DNA from: Selaginella moellendorffii
Taxonomy: Eukaryota > Plantae > Lycopodiophyta
Direction: 5' to 3'
Length of the DNA stretch: 64,000 nt
NCBI RefSeq assembly: GCF_000143415.4
Contig: NW_003314310.1
Coordinates: 1,234,611 to 1,298,610 of the forward strand
Below, piece by piece: positions 11,891 to 22,140 of this stretch. Made by a program: the position numbers and the translations under genes. The first letter of the stretch is position 1. Every line of letters starts with the position of its first letter. The notes beneath the pieces are model-generated. The model did not search any database and was not told the origin of the DNA. It worked only from the letters and a program-made list of their open reading frames with translations.

Positions 11891-12775
11891 TCAGACTGTT
11901 ATTTTTTGCCTCCAACGCCTATACAATAATCTTGGAATTTCATCACTCTCCACACTATCAGGATTTAAACCCAATAGTAATGCCATCTCTTCTCTAATAC
12001 GTCCACGCTCATATTCAGTGGTCGAAGAACCCATCCGGTTGAGCAGATTATGGAGATGCGGATAGTGCTTGGCTAGACAATATACATGCCATAAATGATA
12101 ACTGGTGTCTGTCCGATCAAATGGCTTCTGATATACCGTTCCATCTGCCATTTGGTTGATTTCTGCAGCCACCTCCTGGACTGGCCGGTTCTCTATCACC
12201 ATCGCTTCAAGCCGTTTTGCAAGGTCCCCTAGAACATACGGTTTCTTCTCCCTAGTTTCCATACTGCAAGAGATGGGGTGCACTGCATATGTGTGCATGT
12301 TCGCTGCAGTTTTAATCGGCGAGTCATCGATGATGAGGATTTCACTTGACCTAGCAGTCCGGTTCATCACTACAGCCTCTGGCTTGACGAAGATGGGCTT
12401 GCTACCCCTCACATGGACCATAGTCAAGCAATCCTCCTGCGTTAGGAGAAAGTTAAATGGTAATATTACTCGCGTCTGATCGTGCATCATCTGTAGCAAC
12501 GTTAATGCATTGTGGCGCATCATGGATGTCCAAACTCCCAATTGCAAATTGAACCCGGCCCTCTGTTTTAAGTGTCGCATGGTCATTATTAGATCCCGCA
12601 GTTTCTCCCGTGTGATTAATGTGAATCTGTCTCTTTTGACCAACTTGCGACCGCAGGCTTTGGAGGGTGCAGTGACATTTGAGGACGAGCCACGCTCATG
12701 GGAGAAAAGGACACCGTTCAGATCAAAAACGATACAGTACTTTCGCCGTGACTCTGAAATGAAATGCGTCAGCAT
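11891..12775 (-). CDS. FCP1/NIF-like HAD-superfamily phosphatase domain; likely the last exon of the transposon cargo gene, or a separate cargo gene
   Basis: IVFDLNGVLF (DxD-like motif I, with N in place of the second D), LGVWTSMMRHN, F-x-K-P, ILIIDDSPIK (motif IV). Preceded by a GT-AG intron at ~12755-12800. Confidence 0.75.
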   Translation of the reverse strand: MLTHFISESRRKYCIVFDLNGVLFSHERGSSSNVTAPSKACGRKLVKRDRFTLITREKLRDLIMTMRHLKQRAGFNLQLGVWTSMMRHNALTLLQMMHDQTRVILPFNFLLTQEDCLTMVHVRGSKPIFVKPEAVVMNRTARSSEILIIDDSPIKTAANMHTYAVHPISCSMETREKKPYVLGDLAKRLEAMVIENRPVQEVAAEINQMADGTVYQKPFDRTDTSYHLWHVYCLAKHYPHLHNLLNRMGSSTTEYERGRIREEMALLLGLNPDSVESDEIPRLLYRRWRQKITV

Positions 12776-12803
12776 AAAAAATGGTACAAGTCAATTTTAC
12801 CAT

Positions 12804-15800
12804 CTACAATATTAGCGAATGGTGCTCCCGATGGTCGTCCAGAGGGTTTTGGTCGAGCAAACGTGAAGGGCGGAAATACTCTCCTCGCAATGTGGGGTCA
12901 ATCGCATCCGATGGCGTGTGGGCACATGCCATTTCAGCTGTAGACTCTGGTACAACTGGCTCAACAGGGGCATGGGGTGGTTCCGATGGCATGTGATCAC
13001 ACGCCATTTCAGCTGGTGCCTCCGTTGGCAAAGTGGACATGACCGAACAGGCAGCAGGGGTGGTGTAGGGAGGTTCCAACAGCGCGTAGTCAGACGATTG
13101 GGCACACGTTGAGTCTGTTGGAAATGAGGATACGACCGGCTCGGCGGCTGGGGCGGCCTCATGCGGGTCCAATGGTGCCTGGTCACCGTCAGTTGGATAC
13201 GTGGACAAGATTGACTCAGTGGTATAGGCAGCATTAAGTGGAGCGTGGTCAGCTTGCTTGGCGTTGATATGGATAGTAGCCTCCACCAGCTCTGATGACT
13301 CTTGCAGGCAAGTAGAGTCCATTGGCGAATCCATATGCATGTCCAAATATCTCCCTTCGATTGAGATGGTATCCTCCCTACTGGCTACTAAAAACAAACT
13401 CATTAGCACATTGAATCGACTATACTGTATTTACCATCAACTGCTATTGGGCGCACTGCTGATTCTGAAGGATTGGACATACGTTTCGACCCTTGCTTGG
13501 CACTATCCTTCCTCGACACTAAAGGTTAGAGTTTGTATCTTAATTCAACTGAATAATCTCTACTTACCATTTCTTCTACGACCTACATGGACAATGTTAG
13601 AAATGGTAAAAGGTTAGGAATGGATGTACTATTATTTACCTGATGGTTTGTCTTGTATGACCTTCCTCCGCTGCTCTTTGGCCACCTCAGGCTGGCCATC
13701 GTCGTCATCATCGTCATCGTCGTTATTGTGATCGTCACCATTGTGAGGACCATCCAAGTCCTCTTCGTCCTCCTCTTCTTCGTCCTCCTCTTCTTCGTCC
13801 TCCTCTTCTTTGTCCTCCTCTTCGTCCTTCTGCTCTTCCTGCTCATTATCTTTCTCTGGCTCCTCATCCCCCTCCTGCATTTCTTCCATAGGCTGCTCAG
13901 GCTGGATGGCTTGTTTTTCCAGGACCATCTTGGGAAAATCATCTGGCCGAGTCTCCATCTCAAAATACAAGACATCCATAGCCTGTTTCAGTGCTTGACC
14001 TAGGACCGTATCCTCACCCGACTGTCTTAACATGGTTTCTACACGTTCTTGCACCCTTCGAAGATGACGAGATGAGAAAAACGTGGCCCTGACTTGAAAA
14101 GCATCCCTCATCCATTGTACCTCTCCATTGAGATTGGGGAAGGGGAGTCCGCCATAGGAATCTGAGTCAGGAGGTGGTGACTGGCTCCTTTCACTCAGCC
14201 CTTGATCTGCAATGAATGGCATGAGCACACACGCCATAACCGCGAGGCATTACCTATCATCTTTTCGTTGCCCTTCTTCCTTTTCAAATCAAACGCCTCT
14301 GATCCTGACGACTGTCCAACGTGCTTTCGCTTTTTATGACCACTGTCAGTTTGAGCTTGACTGGTGCTTGCCTGTTTTGCCTTTGAAGAAGTGTCTCCTG
14401 CAAGGAATGGCATGAGACCACACGCCATTGCAAATATAATTTGTACCTCCTTTTTTCCTATTGCTTGTCTGTTTGTCCTTCTTCGACGCGCCACTAGTGC
14501 GCTTTTCAGTCCTCGTGTCTGAATATTCACAATGATCTATAATCAAAATGGCATGAGGCCTCACATGACCTTACCTTGTGCAGGTTGTGAGCTCGGCCTA
14601 ACATCAGTAGCTGTTAACGCCGTTTCAGCATCTGGGGGTGGCCACGCTCCTGCATACAGAGCTTGTGAGATAACATTTAAACTTAAAGTGCGTACTCACC
14701 AGGTTCGCAAAGAAGATACTGTTTTTCTTTGGCAACTGTAATTATATGCTCCATTGAAGTCACCTCTTCAATGGAGTTTGTCACCGCAACACACGGGACA
14801 CCCTTGAGTAGTGCGGCTTGAAAGAATAGTCCGCCGCAGTTGTACTCGACAATGCATTTGCCCTTGGTGTCACCCGCTATTGCGTTGAAGACCCAGCTGA
14901 GCATTTCCCATGCTGCACCTGGAGCTTTCTTTGGATTCGAAAGCTCCATAGCCGTCTTCAGTTCCTCAGGCACAGGTAAATTGACCTCCCTCAGATCAAT
15001 TCGATCGGCCTTGTCGAACAAAGCTGGGAAGTCACTCCAGTCCCACTCTGCTACAGGACCAATAACAAGGGCGAGTGTGAAGATGCGGACATTCGTCGGT
15101 ATCTTCTTCTTAGCCATTATCCCATGGATCTCCCGCATCTCCTTGCCTTTCAACCGAGCCTTCACCTCGTTCAAGGCCTTCCAGAACTTGTGATAAGATT
15201 CGGAGTCGTAGATCATATAGTGGACTGAAGATTCCACCTCCGCAGGTCCCACCATTAAGTCAATGATGGAGCTGACTTCGTCTGCATGAGTGATCTCTTC
15301 GTTTGTGAAGTCCATCACACAAAAGATGTTCTTGACCTGCTCATCTCCGCGGGAAACGATGCTCCTCCACCTTTGATCCTCATCCGAATTCACGTATACC
15401 CGGTAAGGTTCTCGATAGGCCTCTGCTGCGGGGTCGAGCTGTTTCTGAAGCCGGCGGTCGACATCCCTCTTAATGAAATTTGGATACTGATCCAACTTCT
15501 CAGCTTTACTTTTCGTGGCATCCCGCAGCAGATCGATGAATTTGGGGGCCCCCTTCACGTACTCGTCGATGTCTTCATTTGACAAGTCCAGCTCTTCCAT
15601 CATCTCTTGCGTGGTGTCGATGCTTACCCTCTCCATGGCCACTTGCTCGAAGATCCAATCCTTCAATAGCGCACGAGCTCTCAGAGTCGTGCACAAGTCC
15701 TCGTATGTCACAATATGGCCGGGAGTCATTTTGGTCTTGTTGAAGACTACCTCACCACATAGAAGAGCATTAGCCACTGTCAGAAGGTCGTCGTCGTCTA

Positions 15801-17240
15801 GAGACCGCGAGAAACGCAAGGCGTTGAGCTTCAAATCATTGGGCTTCCGGCCGTCCTCCACACCCATTGAGTTTAGCAACTCCCCGTCATGGTACCTCCT
15901 CAGCACATCTACCCATTTGTCAAAAACAACTTTTGTCACGAGTAGAATGTTATGGATGCTGAGTGTGTCATTGACCCCCAGTGTTTTCGAGAGAAGACTC
16001 GAGAATTCCTGCAATGAAAATGGCGTGAGGCCACATGCTATGCCACATGCAACGAGGCTTACCTGCCAGGCACTAGTTGCTAGTGCACGTCCTTGTCCTG
16101 GTTTTTGTGGCTTCTTCAGTTGAACCCAGAGCTTCTGTGTTCGTGCCAATGTCTCGTGCAGACCCGATTTGTAGCACGTTTCTTGCTTGACATTCTGCGC
16201 GTGGGAGATGGATATGATAGATCGGAGGGGCGAGTTGCCTTTTATCAGGCGGACAACTCTTGTCTTGAAGACTTTCTTCACCTCCTCGCCCACCATAATA
16301 TCCAGAACTATCTCTTGCATCGCCAAGCTAGAATGCTGCCCGGAGACGGCATAGAACCGGATGTTCTGATCGTCTAACACCTTCCTATTGATCAAGTTTG
16401 GAAACCTCATCTCGCCCTTCATTGTTTGGTAGTAGGGGATCACGTCTGCGATGTCGGGTGTTACTGGACTTGCCAGCATCTTCTGCTTCAGTTTCTCCAC
16501 CCACTCATCAGATACTAGCCTGTGGTTGTATTTGCTTTGGATGTCGATACGGCTCACGTCGATTGTATATACTTTGTTGGAATAGTAACAAGTACTATTA
16601 TCTGCGACGATTTTTGCTGCCTCTTCTTGCTCTTTCTGCTCTTTGCGGCTCTTCTTTTTGGTGGGTGTAGTGTTCGAACCCGAGGCAATGGCATCACCGA
16701 GTAGCTTCTTTTTTGGAGCAGCAGAGTCGGACGTCGGCTTGAGCTTGACCCCCTTTTCTGCTTCGGGGTAGTTTCCAGATCGACCCCCTTCCCCTTCGCT
16801 TCGCGAACTGGAGGCACTCTCAACGGCTCAATGTTGGAATATAGTTTTTGAACATCGCCGTAGGTGAGGTCCGTGGATTCCATGTGATCTTCATAGACCC
16901 GCAGCGTCTTTGAAATTGTGGGCCTCCTGGACAACCTCTCCCTAGCTCCCTCTAGGAATTCCTCATAGCCGCTACCCCCCTCCGGGAAGCCGCTAGGATG
17001 TGCAAGGTGGATCTTGAAGGCGGACGCTGTCTCTACCACAAGTGCCAGTCCATATTCTTGTATGGAACTGCATGGAGTGTCTGTCACTTGGATGAGGATC
17101 CCCATGCATTCTTTTCTCCCACCATCTGTGTTGTACAGCATCAGATCCTCGCCTTCCATCCCGAAAGTCCAACTGGTGAGCTCCTCCCCCTTCTCTGCAT
17201 CCACATTGACAGTGGCTGGAAGAAGAACACAATTCCTCGC
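12804..17240 (-). pseudogene. Multi-exon transposon cargo gene: ParB/Srx-like domain, helical region, degenerate amino-methyltransferase-like fold, acidic low-complexity tail
   Basis: ORFs 16554-17261, 14683-16557, 13632-14237 and 12804-13409 join in frame through canonical introns (16009-16062, ~14650-14699, 14519-14574, 14398-14446, 14207-14253 and three more around 13388-13638), plus one frameshift near 16755. Motifs NHRLVSDEWVEKL..FYAVSGQHS (ParB-like) and KGKCIVEYNCGG..AALLKGVPCVAV (SAM-binding-like). Domain calls come from motif recognition only. Confidence 0.65.
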
Positions 17241-17279
17241 CTTTTCAGAAATGCACAACAATTATAAACAGATAAACTT

Positions 17280-18346
17280 TTCTCTATTTGGCAAAGATAA
17301 ACTTTATAGCGTGTGGGCTCATGCAATTTTGAACCCAAAAAATGCACCAAAAAATTCTCGGCGTCATCTGGCATTATCTCTTGAATGGCGTGGGGCCGCA
17401 TGCCATTTTCAAGGGCACATAAGAGTATATTCCTAGGATATTCTGACATGCGCGAGATTTTTTTGAGTTTTCTGGAGATCCAACCGTTAGATCGCAACTA
17501 GATTTTACAGAATGGTATACAATGTCTTTTTTGATGACCCTACAAAGAAGCATCTCGATCGGACACCACATGAGACCACACGAGCCTTACAATGTTTCAG
17601 GGGCATTTGCCATAGATCCGACCGTTATTTTGCTCCAAGATTTTACAGTTTGGTGTGCATTGACCTTTCTATCGACACTGCAAAGGGACATCACAATCAG
17701 ATGAGGGATCACAAGAAACTAACTTCACTAACTCTGGTTTCACCAAGATCTACGTAAGGAGTTATGAAATGAAAGGACCCTCTCTATTGAAATGTGTTTA
17801 TGGTCCTAGGGGCATTGGGACATATCAAAGGATTTTGCATCAAGTTCTGTATTTGCATGTTTATCAAGCTACTGAATTGCTAAACCCTAAACCCTAAACC
17901 CTAAACCCTAAACATGTGGCAAATGCTGCGTGAAGAAAGATGCCCTTTCTGGGCAAATGCTGTAAGAGGCAGATGCCGAGCAGATGTATCTCAGGCTAGC
18001 GAAGGGGACAAACGAAAGCTAGCTATAAGCATGACGGGATGCAAATAGATTACTAGGCTGGTCCTGCGAAAATCAAAAACCATAATTGAAAATATTGAAA
18101 ATGCAAAAAGAAAGGTTTATAATATTTTTGAATTTTAAGCAACCAAAGGAATGTAAGTAGGGCATGTGTTTGTAAGTTTAAAAATGCCTCAACCACTTAA
18201 ATTCCCAAGTAAATAAAGCTGTTTCTATTTTTGGTACAGGTAAACTTTATAGCGTGTGGGCTCATGCAATTTTGAACCCAAAAATGCACCAAAAAATGCT
18301 CGACTAGCATTATTCTTTGAATGGCGTGTGGCCTTATATTGCCATA
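17280..18346 (+). repeat. ~120-bp direct repeat pair (17280-17410 and 18223-18346), each carrying two palindrome copies
   Basis: Both contain TAAACTTTATAGCGTGTGGGCTCATGCAATTTTGAACCCAAAAATGCACCAAAAAA...TTGAATGGCGTG. Confidence 0.85.
17880..17913 (+). repeat. Short interstitial plant telomere-type repeat (CCCTAAA) x~4.7 / telo-box cluster
   Basis: ctaaaccctaaaccctaaaccctaaaccctaaac. Confidence 0.9.
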
Positions 18347-18709
18347 AATGGACATACACACAGAGCATAATTATTCCTTTACACGGCGAATAATCTTGGC
18401 GCGGATCGCTGACATGGCATGGCAAAGTTCGAATCACTGACATGGCACAGCTGGATCGAGGCAAGGACATGATGTGACAAAGTTCAACCTCCGACAGCAA
18501 AGTCTAGAAGCTACTCAGTTTGAAATTTGTCAGAGGAGTCATAAGATCTGGTTTGTCAGAGGATTTGATGTGACATTCAAGCGTGTGTTATTTTTGAATT
18601 CTCGAACTCATTCCTAGGTCTATCATTTTTGTGCGCCGTGTTCTTGGTTCCGCTGAGCGCAGTGAGCGCTGCTTGTGTAAGCGGCGTTGTGGGCTGTGGT
18701 TTATGCGTC

Positions 18710-18845
18710 TACGAGCGGTTGCGGCATTGCGAGCGCCATTGCGGGCGGCAGTTTATGCGAGTGGCAGTTTGTGCGAGCGGCGCTACGAGCAGTTGCGGTG
18801 TTGCGAGCGGCACTACGAGTAGTTGCGGTGTTGCGAGCGGCACTG
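18710..18845 (+). repeat. CpG-rich ~30-bp tandem repeat upstream of the transposase
   Basis: GCGAGCGGCRCTACGAGYAGTTGCGGTGTT, about 2.5 good copies plus degenerate ones. Confidence 0.75.
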
Positions 18846-21800
18846 TCTTTGGTGTGGCTACCGCTTCCTCTTGATATTCGGCACTTGTGCTTCCTGGTAT
18901 GTTCACCATGGAATGGCTTAGGACCACATTTAGAAATGGCATGAGGCCACATGCCATCTTGGGCCCTTGCAATTTCATGGCTAGCGTATTGTCATGTATG
19001 TTTTTACTTGCCTGCAGCTATGTGTATATCAAGATGGCATGAGGCCTCATGCCAATTTTGTGAATGCAAAATTTCACGTGGGTGTCAATAGCATGTTTGA
19101 ATAATGGCATGTGGCCTCATGTTATTGAGGTTGTTTGGTATGTTATGATTTAAGCCATTCTCCAATCATTTTTTGTATGGTCTTAACTTCTTTTCTACAC
19201 TTTCAGAATGGCCTTCAGGGTTGGGGAAAAGGTTTACATTTTGAATGGTGGGAAGAGAGTTGCAAAAAGGACCCTTGTGTCTATGGATCGGAACTTTGTT
19301 ATACACTGTTAAAGGCTTGGGGAAGGCAATGCTGCTGTATCAGTAGAGACTGTCTTCGATGGGAATGTGGTCGCTATTGAACGAGGAGAGATGGTCGTCG
19401 GGGTAAATGTTGTTGTTGCCTTGAAAAATCTTCAGAAGAAAGCAGATGTTGGGGACAGCGCAAGTGCGACGCATGTTCCCTCCGTGGATCTTAAGAACCA
19501 TGCTACATGGATTCAGGCGAAGGTGTTTCTAAACAACCCCGAGGGGGAGGTGGTAGCTGAGGGCTTAGCTACAGTTGTCGATCCAAGAGATGCGGTTGCT
19601 AATCAAGAATTGGGCTGGGATGATATTGGAGTTGCGATTTTAGAGGTTATTGACACAGAAGAAAACAGTTTGACTATTGGAAGCATTGTGCAATGGAAAT
19701 TGAGGCACTTAGTGTTTAAGAATGTGAAGGATTCACAATCAAACACCACTACAACTGATGACAGAACATCTCTTCATGGAAAAAGAAAGTACACCTTCCT
19801 AAAGCGCAGCCAAAAGGATCTGAGCAACGAACCGAAAAGGCAGAAAATGGCGATGGAGGTTCGAATGGTCTCGACAGTTGCTTGTTGCAAGAGGAGGTGC
19901 TGTCAACATGTTGATTGGGATGCTATTAAAGAGGAGAGAGCAAGATACAAGACATTGTCCTGGAAGGCAGCTCGCAATTTTGTGTATGAGGCATTACGGT
20001 CATCTGTTGATGCTTCAGAACATCAGGTGGGGGGCATGGTCTTCCAGAGGGGTTTGGTTTGCATGAAGGCATGGAGAATCATTTATGGAGTCCCTCGAAC
20101 CACATTCTACAGAATCAAAACTGAGTTCGAGGAACAAAGGGTTCAACAGGCAGTACATGGGAACGACGGTATGCACAAAACCAGGGGTCATGTTGTATAT
20201 GGAGAGGCAATCTTCAAGAGGTTTGTCGAGACATGTAGCAAGCAGCAACCACATAAAACCCACCTCTTGGAAGATGGAACACGAGACACCCAACGAGTTC
20301 TCCCTTCCATGTATACCAAGGGGGCCATATTGGAAGATGTGAATCGGGAACTCCAGAGTAATGGCTACAAGAAGCTGAGCCAATCTAGATTTAGTAGATT
20401 GTGGAGCAACAGGTTCAGGGATGTGAGTATAGGAAAGTACTCCAGCTTTTTAAAGTGTGACGAGTGCACTGCTATCAAAATGGCTTTGTCGAAGAATTCT
20501 TGCAGCGCTCAAGAGCGAGAGACGTTGGTTAGAAGGCGGCTCGACCACAACATCAAGCAGAGAAGCTGCAGGACTGCATATTATCATAACAGGATTCTCT
20601 CCATGGAGAGACCTGACTCTTACCTCTGCATCATCCACGACAAAATGGACCAGAAAAAGACGTGCTTACCTCGACTCAATCCTGCCCCCAAGGCAATCTC
20701 TTCATCCATGCAGCTGCCTGTGTCTCTGTTTGGCATAATCGCTCATGGGCATGGTGCCCAGAACTATGGGAACTTCTTTGTACCTCTATGGGGTGGCGGG
20801 GGTGCAAACATGATGATTGCGTCCCTAGCAAAACACTTAAGGTCTCTGCAAAGTGCGCAGACTGAGTTGAACGGCCAACCCTTGCATAAGGCCCTTGTCG
20901 ATCGAACCCCATACAGGGTTCAGCTGGAGGAGGAGCAAAGGCTTGCAGTATCGCGTGGGGCCCCATGCCATCCCAGTGAATATGTTGGTCGTCAGATTGT
21001 AGGGTTATCACGTGAGGCCACATACCATTCCGACGAGGCTGGTCGCCTGGTGAATGCACAGCCTCATCCAAACGAAGCAGAATCTCAAGGAAGTTCTTGC
21101 GGCCGATGTGGCCTTCCACCCCATCTTCTGCTCAAAACAGACAATGCTGGCAGTGAGAACAAAAACATGTACGTCTTCACGTACTTGGCGATGCTTGTTG
21201 CCAAAGGCATATTTGAAACGGTTACACTTGGCTTTCTCATGGTTGGGCACACTCATGAAGACGTCGATGCCATGTTCAGTCACCTGGCAGAGTCCCTCCG
21301 GCGATCCAATGTCCTCACCCTCCCACAACTCTACGATGAATTCCAAAATTGCATCAAAGGCACTGTTGAAGCTGCACTTCTGACAGAGGTTCCAGACTTT
21401 AAGGGGTTTGTAAGAGGCTACATCAGGGATGGATCCGAAACGCTGATTGGCCACTCCAAGCCTCTTCAGTTTCATTTCAGCATGTGTGACGGTGCTCCAG
21501 TGATGAGGTACAAGATGAGAGAATGGGACACAGTGTGGCTGCCAGTGGACGGCATTGAACTCTTCAAGAGAGATCCCATAACTGGGGAACCTATGATTCC
21601 TCAGGGTTCCCCATGGCCGATGCACCCGGATGGACTCAAAGACCAGGAAAGTATAGTGGCCGGGATTAGACAGCATATTGCCTTCTAGAAGAGGGGGTTG
21701 GTGTTTGGTGGAGAATCCTATTTTTAGAGGTGCAAGCCTTTGCTCGAATACTGGGAGAAGATTATATCTGCTATCCAAAATGGGCCGGTTGTATATGAAA

Positions 21801-22140
21801 AATTGGAAGAGTCCTTTTGGCCAGAACCCAGAGCACCAGATAGTAGCGGAACAATGTCCTCTGGAAATGCAGTGACAGATAACGATGTTGAGGATCACTA
21901 TTGTGGGCCGAGGAACAAGAAGCCGGATTCAGCATTCAATCTAGTATAGGTCTGCAAAGGAATGGTCGTGCTTGTCAGACCCAGTAATAAAAAACAAATG
22001 ATATGGGTGGGGCGCTGCATCACTGATGCAGAGGACGATGCGGAAACTAACTCCTTCAATGTAACTATGGAGTGGTTCAAGCCAAGTTCCGGATATACGA
22101 AGGATTGCCTAGAAAAGAGATGGGTGCTGAATCCAAGGGA

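Noticed and set aside
14683-16557. Bacterial contamination as the source of the ParB-like ORF
   Set aside because: The gene has spliceosomal introns and lies within a TIR element nested among plant retrotransposons.
17880-17913. Chromosome end or healing site
   Set aside because: Only ~5 units, embedded within an element that is continuous on both sides.
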